In this document: in pieces, positions 1 to 8,697 of the stretch
How the letters are laid out: each line of letters starts with the position of its first letter
Position numbering within the stretch: position 1 is the stretch's first letter
Source: Candidatus Shapirobacteria bacterium
GTDB taxonomy: Bacteria; Patescibacteriota; Microgenomatia; UM-FILTER-40-11
NCBI GenBank assembly: GCA_020059745.1
Contig: JAGVBK010000004.1
Coordinates: forward strand, 178,511 to 242,510
DNA length: 64,000 bases
Direction: 5' to 3'
Notes under the pieces: model-generated
Seen by the model: only the letters and a program-made list of their open reading frames with translations
Databases searched by the model: none
What the model was told of the DNA's origin: nothing
Program-made: the position numbers and the translations under genes

Positions 1-1
1 A

Positions 2-391
2 GGCGCTTTAACGGCAGACGAGGTGGCTGAGGAAGCTGATTTCTTCTCCTGCGGAACAAACGATTTAACCCAAATGACCATGGGTTTTTCAAGAGACGAT
101 TCCGGTAAGTTTATCAAGGTCTATCTTGATCAGAAGATATTGAAGTCCGATCCTTTCCAGACTTTAGATCAAGAGGGAGTGGGGCAGCTGGTTAAAATGG
201 CAGTGGAAAAGGGAAGAAAAGTTAAAAAGGACCTGAAAGTGGGAATCTGTGGAGAACACGGCGGAGATCCGGATTCCGTTAAGTTCTGCCATAAAATAGG
301 TTTAACTTATGTATCTTGTTCTCCTTACCGGGTGCCAATTGCCAGGCTCGCAGCAGCTCAGGCAGCAGTTGAGGAAAAACAAGAAAAGTAA
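2..391 (+). CDS. ppdK: Pyruvate phosphate dikinase, C-terminal part (truncated by window start)
   Basis: Open frame from nt 2: [24 protein letters not shown]...[10 protein letters not shown]...[19 protein letters not shown], the PEP-utiliser C-terminal signature of PPDK. Confidence 0.95.
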   Translation, partial: GALTADEVAEEADFFSCGTNDLTQMTMGFSRDDSGKFIKVYLDQKILKSDPFQTLDQEGVGQLVKMAVEKGRKVKKDLKVGICGEHGGDPDSVKFCHKIGLTYVSCSPYRVPIARLAAAQAAVEEKQEK

Positions 392-408
392 GCTTGATGT
401 TCAGAAAA

Positions 409-432
409 ACTAAACAGCTATACCTGTTTAGT
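409..432. terminator. Hairpin between convergent ppdK and small membrane gene
   Basis: ACTAAACAG-ctatac-CTGTTTAGT perfect 9-bp inverted repeat; AT-rich, with a U-tract only on the minus strand. Confidence 0.4.
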
Positions 433-453
433 AGTGTATTTGCTTCTTACTTC

Positions 454-687
454 TTACAAGAAGACTAAAAAAGCATATTTTATTAGGCAGGCAGTGAGAG
501 CCATGGCAACTGCCAGCCAAAAAAGACTGTACCAAAAAGCGGCTTTTCCTTTTAATTCTTTTAAGGCCATTCCTTTGTAAACAGCCATAATTTTTTTCTC
601 TTTTAAACCCTTAATTGAGATTTTCCAGCAGAGAAAAATGCCGGGGACAAATATAGCAAACAATAAAATATCTCTTTTATCTAGCAC
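454..687 (-). CDS. Small two-TM membrane protein, unknown function
   Basis: 77 aa with two hydrophobic segments; TGcTAAAAT -10 box 6 nt upstream of GTG. Confidence 0.65.
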   Translation of the reverse strand: MLDKRDILLFAIFVPGIFLCWKISIKGLKEKKIMAVYKGMALKELKGKAAFWYSLFWLAVAMALTACLIKYAFLVFL

Positions 688-737
688 TAATTAATTTTAG
701 CATGTAACTTTTGTTGAATCTAAACTTAAGGATTTTT

Positions 738-771
738 AAAGACCCCCGCCTCTGGCGGGGGTCTTTTGTTT
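738..771. terminator. Intrinsic (probably bidirectional) terminator
   Basis: AAAGACCCCCGCC-tct-GGCGGGGGTCTTT 13-bp stem followed by T-tract, just downstream of the cupin gene. Confidence 0.85.
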
Positions 772-784
772 GTGAAGCAGAAAT

Positions 785-1168
785 TTAAGCGTGTTCTTCT
801 TTTTCTGCTTCCATTGCCTCTTCCTTGGTTTCATGAACCGTTCCGTCCGGGTGGTGAGGAGGAGAATAGATAGTGTAAAGCCTTAAAGGCTCTTCTCCTT
901 GGTTAATGATATTATGCTCAGTGCCAGCGGGAACCACTACGGCTGAACCGTCTTTTATTTCGTGTTCTTGCCCGTCCAAAACTGCTTTTCCGGTTCCACT
1001 CTCAACCCGAAAGAACTGGTCAACATCGTTGTGAACTTCCGTCCCAATGTCCTCGCCTGATTTTAAGGTCATTAAAACAAGCTGAGAGTGTGGAGCAGTA
1101 AAAAGTACCTGACGGAATTTATTGTTTTCCAGGGTTTTTTCTTCTATATTGGTAACATAACCAGACAC
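785..1168 (-). CDS. Cupin-domain protein (mannose-6-P isomerase-like / Cupin_2)
   Basis: EVH-x4-DQFFRVESG and VVVPAGTEHNIIN cupin motifs; SD GAAAGGGGGTGA favours GTG at 1168 as start. Confidence 0.9.
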   Translation of the reverse strand: MSGYVTNIEEKTLENNKFRQVLFTAPHSQLVLMTLKSGEDIGTEVHNDVDQFFRVESGTGKAVLDGQEHEIKDGSAVVVPAGTEHNIINQGEEPLRLYTIYSPPHHPDGTVHETKEEAMEAEKEEHA

Positions 1169-1235
1169 TAAAATCACCCCCTTTCAGTACAAAAAGTATA
1201 CCTGAATAATTATTTAATCTCTAGCAATTAATTTT

Positions 1236-2399
1236 ATGGAACTTTCTTCTGACCAAAAAAATGCTTTAGAAAACTTACTTTTTTGGTATAAAGAAAAAAG
1301 CAGGCAATTTATTACCCTAGGAGGATATGCCGGAACAGGAAAAACAACTCTTATTTCCCACCTGCGGGAGAAGCTTTATAAAAATGACAAAAATCTAAGG
1401 ATTGCTTTTTGTGCTTATACTGGAAAAGCCTCACGGGTTTTAAGGTTTAGGCTTTCTGAGACAAAAGCTCTTTACCCTAGTGATTTTGTCGGAACCATTC
1501 ATTCTTTGATTTATTCTCCTGTTACAAACGATAAAGATGAAATTGTCGGCTGGGAATTAAAAGAAAAAGTGGAAGCAGATTTAATTATTATTGATGAAGC
1601 TTCAATGGTGGATTATTCTATTTGGGAACACCTTCTTTCTTTTGGTATTCCCATTATTGCCGTAGGTGATCATGGTCAGTTGCCGCCAATAAGCGGCAAA
1701 TTTAATTTAATGGAAAAACCTGAACTTGTTCTTGAAGAAATTCACCGCCAGGCTAGGGAAAACCCGATTATCAGGCTTTCGGCCCTGGCGCGGTCAGAAG
1801 GAAAAATTCCTTTTGGCAAGTTTGGAAAAAACATATTAAAAATAAACAACTTAGAGCCTGAATCAAGAGAACTAGTTGAAGAGATCCTTAAAAACTATCA
1901 CCCAAACACCTTAATTCTTTGCGGTTATAACTCAACCCGGATTAAGATAAATAATTTTATCCGCAGTAGTCTTGGCCTTGAAGAAACGCCTCAAAAAGGC
2001 GATAGAGTCATTTGTTTGAGAAACAACCACGCTAAAGAAGTTTTTAACGGTATGCTTGGGGAAATTGTTAGTCTTAAAAAGAAAGACGAAGGTTGGTATC
2101 AAGCAAAAATTATAATGGATGGCGAAGAGAAAACATATAAAGGCCAAATTCTTGCTTCTCAGTTTAATTGCAAAGAGGCTCTAAATTTTACCAAAGAAAG
2201 ATACAAAACAAAACTTGGCGACCTTTTTGACTTTGGTTATGCTCTAACAGTGCATAAGGCACAAGGCAGCCAGGCAAAAAGAGTGGTTGTTTTTGAAGAA
2301 AGATTTCCTAAAATGGACGATGAGGAATGGCGACGCTGGCTTTACACCGCAATAACCAGGGCAGAAGAAGAGCTTTTTGTTGTGGGCCAGGAGGCCTGA
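1236..2399 (+). CDS. RecD/Dda-like SF1B ATP-dependent DNA helicase (short, stand-alone)
   Basis: GYAGTGKTT Walker A, IIDEASMV, GDHGQLPP, YALTVHKAQGS, LYTAITRA. Confidence 0.9.
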   Translation: MELSSDQKNALENLLFWYKEKSRQFITLGGYAGTGKTTLISHLREKLYKNDKNLRIAFCAYTGKASRVLRFRLSETKALYPSDFVGTIHSLIYSPVTNDKDEIVGWELKEKVEADLIIIDEASMVDYSIWEHLLSFGIPIIAVGDHGQLPPISGKFNLMEKPELVLEEIHRQARENPIIRLSALARSEGKIPFGKFGKNILKINNLEPESRELVEEILKNYHPNTLILCGYNSTRIKINNFIRSSLGLEETPQKGDRVICLRNNHAKEVFNGMLGEIVSLKKKDEGWYQAKIIMDGEEKTYKGQILASQFNCKEALNFTKERYKTKLGDLFDFGYALTVHKAQGSQAKRVVVFEERFPKMDDEEWRRWLYTAITRAEEELFVVGQEA

Positions 2400-2463
2400 G
2401 CGGGAATTGCACCCGCGCATCGCGGTTTTGCAGACCGCTGCCTTACTGCTTGGCTATCAGGCC
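2392..2463 (-). tRNA. tRNA-Cys (GCA), CCA not fully encoded
   Basis: Minus strand GGCCTGA...GCGGT-CTGCAAA-ACCGC...GCGGG-TGCAATT-CCCGC-TCAGGCC-T; cloverleaf pairs, U73 discriminator typical of Cys. Confidence 0.92.
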
Positions 2464-2472
2464 GACAGCTAT

Positions 2473-2501
2473 AGTTTACCTTATTTAGCCTCAGAAAGCA
2501 A
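2473..2501 (-). promoter_or_regulatory. Sigma70-type promoter of tRNA-Cys
   Basis: TTGCTT-17 nt-TAAACT, 9 nt before the tRNA 5' end. Confidence 0.65.
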
Positions 2502-2523
2502 AGCTAAAAGATAAATTTTTTTC

Positions 2524-2552
2524 TTGCCATAAGCTTTGTTTAGTGCTATATT
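2524..2552 (+). promoter_or_regulatory. Sigma70 promoter, leaderless arrangement
   Basis: TTGCCA-17 nt-(TGc)TATATT, 7 nt before ATG 2560. Confidence 0.65.
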
Positions 2553-2559
2553 AGAGCTA

Positions 2560-3408
2560 ATGTTAAGAAAGTTATTAATTGGCTTTGGCGTTGTTTTTTT
2601 AAGTGTTTTTCTTTCAGGCTGTTCTTTTAAGAAAGACCCTGCTGCCTTACAGATTAACACTAACCCTCCGGCAAATGTTTTTATTGACGGTAAAATTTTA
2701 GGTAAAACCCCTTTTCAGTCAAGTGAAATGCAATCCGGAGAGATTACGGTTAAGCTCATTCCTGAATCAACCGAAGAAGCTCTTTCTTCCTGGGAAAGTA
2801 AAATTACTCTTAATTCCGGGGTTTTAACTTTAATTGAAAGAGAGTTGGGCCAAACCGAGGAAGAATCTTCCGGGCAAATTTTGAGTTTAGAAAAATCAAA
2901 AGACAAAGAACAAGCATCCCTAACAGTTATTTCCAATCCCGACGGTGCTTTAATTCATATTGACGGCGAGGCCAAAGGCTTTACCCCAATCACCATTGAT
3001 CAAATCGGTGTAGGTGATCACCAGATCACCCTTTCCAAGGAAGGCTATGTTGATAAATCAATAAAAGCAAGAGCTGTCGCCGGCTTTAAGTTAATTGTTA
3101 ACGCCAAAATGGGCCAGGAAGTAAACAAAGAATCTACCCCCGCTACTTCTTCCGGAACACCAACGCCTTCAGCAAAGCCAACAGCTGCTTCAGGTTCTTC
3201 CTCAAATTCTTCAACCATAGAAATTAAAGATACCCCAACCGGCTGGCTAAGAGTGAGAAAAGAAGCCAGTACTGCTTCAGCTGAAGTGGGCAAGGTTAAT
3301 CCCGGAGAAACATACGAAATCTTAGAAGAAGAAAATGGTTGGTATAAAATTGAGTATGAAAGCGGTAGTGAAGGTTGGATTTCAGGGCAGTACGCAAAAA
3401 AGATTTGA
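2560..3408 (+). CDS. Exported protein with two PEGA domains, S/T/P linker and C-terminal SH3b domain (possible lipoprotein)
   Basis: LSGC lipobox-like signal; INTNPPANVFIDGK..GKTP and SNPDGALIHIDG..GFTP PEGA repeats; LRVRKEAST..VNPGETY..GWYKI..GWISGQY SH3b. Confidence 0.85.
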   Translation: MLRKLLIGFGVVFLSVFLSGCSFKKDPAALQINTNPPANVFIDGKILGKTPFQSSEMQSGEITVKLIPESTEEALSSWESKITLNSGVLTLIERELGQTEEESSGQILSLEKSKDKEQASLTVISNPDGALIHIDGEAKGFTPITIDQIGVGDHQITLSKEGYVDKSIKARAVAGFKLIVNAKMGQEVNKESTPATSSGTPTPSAKPTAASGSSSNSSTIEIKDTPTGWLRVRKEASTASAEVGKVNPGETYEILEEENGWYKIEYESGSEGWISGQYAKKI

Positions 3409-4338
3409 TCAGCCGACTACATAAATCACCCAGATTATAAGAAAACCCCAGACAATTACTGCTCCCAGCAAGGGTTTGTCAGACAGAAGCACTCTTTCCG
3501 GCGATTCCGCTCTTGACCCCTGATAAATTATGTTTAAATAACGCATAATGCCGTAGATAACTACGGGAATCGTGATCATTAGCCATTTGCTTGAACCACT
3601 GATTGTTAAAGGCAAAACACTGTGTATTGAAGGCCCAACCACAATTGGCGGTGACTGCAGAAAGGTAAAAAGGGCCCAGGAAAGCCAGGCTGAGGCAGCA
3701 AACATGGAGAGATAATCATCCAGAAGATCAGGAGGGTAATTAATGAGTGTTTTTCTGTGCCCCGAAACAGCTTCTTTATCAAGTATGGCCAGTTCAGATC
3801 TTCTTTTCCCTACTGCCATGAAAAGAGCCAGGGAAGTAACACAAAGAAGAAACCAGACAGAGATATGGTGGTTAAGAACAATAGCTCCGGCATAAACCCT
3901 TAAGATAAAACTGGCAGCAATCGACAAAACATCAAAAATAATCTGGTTTTTTAAATAGAAGGAGTAAACCAGCTGGAGTAGAAAATAAATGAGACAAACC
4001 AAAAAAAAGAAAAAAGCAGTTTGGTAAGCTAGATAAAGACTTAAAGAAATGCCGATTGAAGCAAAAAAAGCAGCCAGGGGAATGGGTAGTTTACCTGAGG
4101 CGATTGGTCGTTTCTTTTTAAAAGGATGCAGTCTGTCTCTTGAGAAGTCAACAATATCATTTATAAAGTAAACAGAAGAGGTGAGTATGGAAAAAACAAA
4201 AATAGCCCAGATTGTCAGCCAGAAGCTTTCCGGATGAAAAAGCCGTCCGGAAAAAACCAAAGCCGCAGCCAAGCTTAGGTTTTTTAGCCATTGTCTTGGC
4301 CTGGCGGTTTTAAGGATGCTGATAAATAACTGAGCCAT
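3409..4338 (-). CDS. UbiA-family polyprenyl-phosphate phosphoribosyltransferase (DPPR synthase-like)
   Basis: RPRQWLKN, YFINDIVD..DRLHPFKKKRPIASG, FILRVYAG, KRRSEL, SPERVLLSD motifs of the Rv3806c-like subfamily. Confidence 0.88.
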   Translation of the reverse strand: MAQLFISILKTARPRQWLKNLSLAAALVFSGRLFHPESFWLTIWAIFVFSILTSSVYFINDIVDFSRDRLHPFKKKRPIASGKLPIPLAAFFASIGISLSLYLAYQTAFFFFLVCLIYFLLQLVYSFYLKNQIIFDVLSIAASFILRVYAGAIVLNHHISVWFLLCVTSLALFMAVGKRRSELAILDKEAVSGHRKTLINYPPDLLDDYLSMFAASAWLSWALFTFLQSPPIVVGPSIHSVLPLTISGSSKWLMITIPVVIYGIMRYLNIIYQGSRAESPERVLLSDKPLLGAVIVWGFLIIWVIYVVG

Positions 4339-5372
4339 AATATTATTCCCAAAAAAGCAATAACAAGCATGAACATTGTATATAACTTTTGTCTACTATT
4401 CAATTGCAAGGCCAGCAGCCCCAAGAGCGCGGTAATGCTCCAGTAAAAAACAGAAATTCTTTTTTTGCTCCAACCAAGGGCTAGCAGTTTATGGTGAAGG
4501 TGCTCTTTACCCCCCCAGACTGGTGAACGGCCTGATAAGAGTCTTTTGAACACAAGGTAAGAGGCATCTATCAAGGGAACGGCTAAAACAAGCATAAGAG
4601 TAGCGACTTTTGCGGTTGAGAGGATTGAAAGCACGGCCAGCATAAAGCCGGCCAGAGATTTTCCGCTGTAGCCAGGCATAATCTTCTGGGGCGAAAAATT
4701 CCAAGGTAAAAACCCAAGGTAAGAACCGGCCACAACCAGAGCAAGAATAATTACCGGCCATTGGGTAATATCAGCGGAGAATCTTAGGCTCAGGAAAGCA
4801 ATTGTTAAGGCGGCGATCACCACGACTCCTGGCAGCTGGCCTTCGACTCCTCCTGACCAGCCGACAAAATTCATGGTCCAAGCAATCCATAAAAGAGCAA
4901 AAAGATCGGCAAGCAACCAAAGGCAGCGGCTATCACCAAAAAGAGAAAAGCAAAGCTGGGGGTTGTCAAGCCTGATAATTCCACCGAGGGGATTATTGAT
5001 AAAAGCAATTCCAATTCCGGAAAAAACCACCACTCCCGCGGCCAGGAAATTACCCCCCAGCCTTAAAAGGGGATGAATTTTTTCTTCAAAGATATCGTCA
5101 AAGATTCCAACTACTAGCGCTATCAAAGCTCCTAGAAAAATTCCCTGAAGGTGTTTGTCAAGAGGAAGGAAAAATAAGGAAACAGCTATTCCCAGAAAAA
5201 TCGGAATTCCGCCGCCCCGAGGAACTGGATAGGAATGGACAACTTTGGGGTGTTTGTGCTTTTTAGGGTCGTCAACAAAGCCTTTTTTCTTTAAAAAAAG
5301 GATCACTGCCGGAGTAAAAATAAAGCTAACCAAAAACGAGACTAAAAAAGGCAGCAAAAAGGTTAAGGTCAT
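4284..5372 (-). CDS. WecA/TagO-like polyprenyl-phosphate HexNAc-1-phosphate transferase (MraY family)
   Basis: VPRGGGIPI, VGIFDD, GFLPWNFSPQKIMPG, HLHHKLL motifs; multi-TM. Confidence 0.88.
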   Translation of the reverse strand: MTLTFLLPFLVSFLVSFIFTPAVILFLKKKGFVDDPKKHKHPKVVHSYPVPRGGGIPIFLGIAVSLFFLPLDKHLQGIFLGALIALVVGIFDDIFEEKIHPLLRLGGNFLAAGVVVFSGIGIAFINNPLGGIIRLDNPQLCFSLFGDSRCLWLLADLFALLWIAWTMNFVGWSGGVEGQLPGVVVIAALTIAFLSLRFSADITQWPVIILALVVAGSYLGFLPWNFSPQKIMPGYSGKSLAGFMLAVLSILSTAKVATLMLVLAVPLIDASYLVFKRLLSGRSPVWGGKEHLHHKLLALGWSKKRISVFYWSITALLGLLALQLNSRQKLYTMFMLVIAFLGIILWLSYLSASLKPPGQDNG

Positions 5373-5722
5373 TAAGTAATTAAAAAAATAATTCTTAAAA
5401 GCGTGATAAATCCAAGTGAAGAAAAAAGCAAGGCAAAGCCGTTGCTTAAAAAGGCCATAAATTTCTCTCCTCTTTTAATAAAGGTTAAAGAAAGCTCTAA
5501 ATTAACAAAAAAGAGAATGAACGAGATTGAAGGAATAAGGAAAAGATAACGAGATAAAGTAAGCTGTTCTTCTCCCCAAGGCCGGCTGTAAAAAAGAGGC
5601 ACTTTCTCCGGCAAGGACTCATTTTTTATTAAGATAAAGAATGTCCCGAGCAGAATGAGGGAAAAATTAACCGCCAGAAGTCTTAAAAGCGTTTTTTCTT
5701 TCTTTAAAAGCTTAGTTTCCAT
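5372..5722 (-). CDS. Three-TM membrane protein
   Basis: LPEKVPLFYSRPWGEEQL loop between TM helices; translationally coupled within the operon. Confidence 0.75.
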   Translation of the reverse strand: METKLLKKEKTLLRLLAVNFSLILLGTFFILIKNESLPEKVPLFYSRPWGEEQLTLSRYLFLIPSISFILFFVNLELSLTFIKRGEKFMAFLSNGFALLFSSLGFITLLRIIFLIT

Positions 5723-7184
5723 TTAAACCTTTTTTTCTGAAAATGACAAAGTCGCCAATACTTTCAACCTGCCTATAGTTGTTTTTGAGAAGAATTTCCA
5801 GTCCTAAAAAGTCTTCTTTTTTAACATCTTTTATTATGAGGCTGATTTTATCATTTTCAAGCCTGGAAAGCACGGTGTCGGTTTTTTTAAGGTCACTAAC
5901 ATGATAAGCGGCGGCGTAAGGAGTAGCCGGCAGTCTTTGAGATAGAGGATATATATTTGATTCATCAGCCCAAACAAAAACTCTCTCTGTTTTATTGGTA
6001 TTGGCTTTAATAAATTCAGAAATAAGGTAAATCTCCGTCATCCTGGGGTTAAAATAGTTAAAATAACTGGTTTTGTCTTTTTTGCCTCTGGAAAAATCAA
6101 TAAAGTTTCTGTAATAAGAAAAAGTTTCATAAGCCCAGAACTGGTAGCGCCAATAGGTGGCGGTCAAAAACGCAAATAAAAGCAAGGGAAGAGCCTTTCT
6201 TATAATAGTTTTTTGGTTAATTTCTTTTACAAAAATTCCTAGCAAAAGAGAAAAACCCGGAATTACCTGAATAAGATAATGGGGATATGGCCTACCGGAA
6301 AGAGAAGCTCCGTAAAGAGCAAATAGAAACCAAGCCGTAGCCAAGCTTAGGTCTTCTTTTAGCTTTTTTCTGAAAGCAAAAGTTAAAACTAAAGAAAAAA
6401 GCAGGATAATTGACCTGATTGCAAAATCACTTTTAAGAAGCCGAAGAGGGTTAAGGACATGTGAGCCTGTTTCCCAGGAAGAAAGATAGCCAATGGTTTG
6501 CAGAAAAACAGAATTAAAGTAAACACTAAAGGCACCTTTTAAAATAAAATAGGCCGAAACTAAGAAAATGGGTAGTAAAAAGCTAAAGAAAAGGGTAAGG
6601 CCTTCTTTTAGATTGATCCTTTCTTTTTCTCTTAAAAAGATAAGGAAAAAAGAAAGAGCGGCAAAATCAAAAAGAGCTGGTACTTTAAAAAGAAAGGCAG
6701 TTGAAAAAAGCAACCCTGAAAAAATAAAGTTTTTTAAAGACTTTTCTTTGAAAACAGCAAAGTAGCCTAAAACTGCAGGAAGAAGAATAAAGATTTCAGC
6801 GTTAGCAATATTCCCTTCAAGAAACCTGATCGTGGTAAATAAGGCAAAACTGAGAACAGATACTTTAACTGCTTTGTCAGAATTTATGATTTTTTTTGAC
6901 AAAAGGAAGAAAAAATAAATTGAAGCAAGACAGGAGACAAAAAGCATAGACCTAAACCAGTAAAGTCTTCCGTCAGCAAGGGCAGTAAGAAGATAAATTA
7001 AAGGAGGCTTGTTGTCAAAAATATCCCTATAAAGTAAAAGACCCCTTTTTATACCCATTCCCAGGGTAAGATAAATTCCTTCATCGCCATACCAGTAGGG
7101 TTCAAACAAAGAAGGAATTCTTAAAACCGCAACAGAGGCCAAAACAAAAAGAATAAACCGGTTTTTCTTGAAGAAAGAAAGCAT
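5712..7184 (-). CDS. GT-C fold membrane glycosyltransferase (ArnT/PMT_2-like)
   Basis: WYGDEGIY, LYRDIFDNKPPLIY, ANAEIF, YPHYLIQ motifs; many TMs. Confidence 0.8.
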   Translation of the reverse strand: MLSFFKKNRFILFVLASVAVLRIPSLFEPYWYGDEGIYLTLGMGIKRGLLLYRDIFDNKPPLIYLLTALADGRLYWFRSMLFVSCLASIYFFFLLSKKIINSDKAVKVSVLSFALFTTIRFLEGNIANAEIFILLPAVLGYFAVFKEKSLKNFIFSGLLFSTAFLFKVPALFDFAALSFFLIFLREKERINLKEGLTLFFSFLLPIFLVSAYFILKGAFSVYFNSVFLQTIGYLSSWETGSHVLNPLRLLKSDFAIRSIILLFSLVLTFAFRKKLKEDLSLATAWFLFALYGASLSGRPYPHYLIQVIPGFSLLLGIFVKEINQKTIIRKALPLLLFAFLTATYWRYQFWAYETFSYYRNFIDFSRGKKDKTSYFNYFNPRMTEIYLISEFIKANTNKTERVFVWADESNIYPLSQRLPATPYAAAYHVSDLKKTDTVLSRLENDKISLIIKDVKKEDFLGLEILLKNNYRQVESIGDFVIFRKKGLNGN

Positions 7185-7221
7185 TAATTTATTTTAACCA
7201 ATTTGGTTTTTCTTGTAAATT

Positions 7222-8697
7222 CTATACTTTTTCTGTAACTCTGTACTCCATATATTTGCCGAGCATTAGCCTGGTGTGAGCATCAAGTCCGGGCAGCGCG
7301 GTAAAAAAGAAACCAATTATCGGCATCAAAAGGAATTCAAAGGGAATAAGATAAGCTTTTATTTTAGGAACTTCTGCCGGTCTTGGTGGCCGCTGTTTTG
7401 AATCAATAATGATGATAATTGCCAAAAAGATAAGACAAAGAGTCAGGATAAAAGACGAGGTTTTGGACATGTTAAAACCAAGAGCGGTTCTGCTGAAGTT
7501 TTTGTTTATTAAAGAAGGCATATTAATTCCAATAGTAATGATAAACCAGTTAACGGGCCAAAGAAAATGATCTTCAATTAGCCTTAAGGTTCTTATTGTT
7601 TTGTCCCAAAAAGGTATGTTTTTTGAGAGAAAGTATTTTTTAATTACATAAGGATCATCGGAAACCCCCCATGCCCAGCGCTTAAACTGTTCATATTGAT
7701 TATGAAGGGTTTTAAAAAATGAAGTCGATTCAGCGGCATCAGCAGATAAAGGTAAGAAAATCGGCTCAACTTCAACTTTACCGTCGGTGCTAAAAAAGGC
7801 TTTAAAAAAGATGTGCCAGTCTTCGGGAATGACATCAGGGTCCCAATAGCCGATGCGTTCAAGAAGCCTGAAGGAAAGGGCATAGTTTTGTTGGTTTATC
7901 AGCCGATCGGTTCTGGCCAGTTGGGCAATATTCCAGATGGTACCAAAAGTATTAGCTACTCTTGAAGGAGCCGGCAGTCGCCAAAAATTATTATAGAAAA
8001 CAATTGCCGGCTGCCAAAAACGCTCATAACGGTGTGGATCATCTAAAAACTTGTAGGAAAGGTAAGAAAAATGGTTAGGGTGATAAACATGGTCAGCGTC
8101 ACAGGAATAAACAACACAGTAGTTGGGATCAACTTTTTTGCTGTCAATTAGTTGTTTTTTGGCTGTAATTATGGCCGCGCGGGCGTTTGAATGTTTTCCC
8201 GCTGTTTCGCCGGGAATAAGGGTGTGCTCGCTGACAACGATATGTGCAAATTTTCCGCGGAATTTCCGCTTTAATTCCGCGGCTTTTTCTTGCCAGTTTT
8301 CTTCTCTTTTTTCAAAGCCTAAAGCAATGCTTATTTGGTTACCCGGAAGTGTTTGGTCAACCAGGCTTTGGAGTGTTCTTTCCAGGATATAAAGAGGCTC
8401 TTTGTAAGTACAAATAACTACTAGATGGTGTACCTTTTTCCAATCAGGAAAAAACTTGAGCTCTCCCAGCCAGTCCATTTTTTTAGAAGCCTCAATTCTT
8501 AGGTGAGAGATAGTGGCAAAAATCGCCAGAGTAATTGATTTATAAAACCAGAAAATGTCAAAAAGAAGGACAAAGTAAGCAACTCCGGTAGGAACAAAAA
8601 AAGCACCCCAAAAAGGGAAAAGAATCAGATTCCAGGAGACAAATCCGGGAAGAATTTCTAAAACTCTTTGAATAAACCTTGCTTTTTTATTTTTCAT
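7222..8697 (-). CDS. GT2-family membrane glycosyltransferase
   Basis: TYKEP, GKHSN, CDADH (DxD), PEDW, QFKRW (QxxRW) motifs; flanking TMs. Confidence 0.85.
   Translation of the reverse strand: MKNKKARFIQRVLEILPGFVSWNLILFPFWGAFFVPTGVAYFVLLFDIFWFYKSITLAIFATISHLRIEASKKMDWLGELKFFPDWKKVHHLVVICTYKEPLYILERTLQSLVDQTLPGNQISIALGFEKREENWQEKAAELKRKFRGKFAHIVVSEHTLIPGETAGKHSNARAAIITAKKQLIDSKKVDPNYCVVYSCDADHVYHPNHFSYLSYKFLDDPHRYERFWQPAIVFYNNFWRLPAPSRVANTFGTIWNIAQLARTDRLINQQNYALSFRLLERIGYWDPDVIPEDWHIFFKAFFSTDGKVEVEPIFLPLSADAAESTSFFKTLHNQYEQFKRWAWGVSDDPYVIKKYFLSKNIPFWDKTIRTLRLIEDHFLWPVNWFIITIGINMPSLINKNFSRTALGFNMSKTSSFILTLCLIFLAIIIIIDSKQRPPRPAEVPKIKAYLIPFEFLLMPIIGFFFTALPGLDAHTRLMLGKYMEYRVTEKV

Noticed and set aside
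392-2399. Active integrative element at tRNA-Cys
   Set aside because: No integrase, and I found no duplicated tRNA 3' end (att site); kept only as a weak finding
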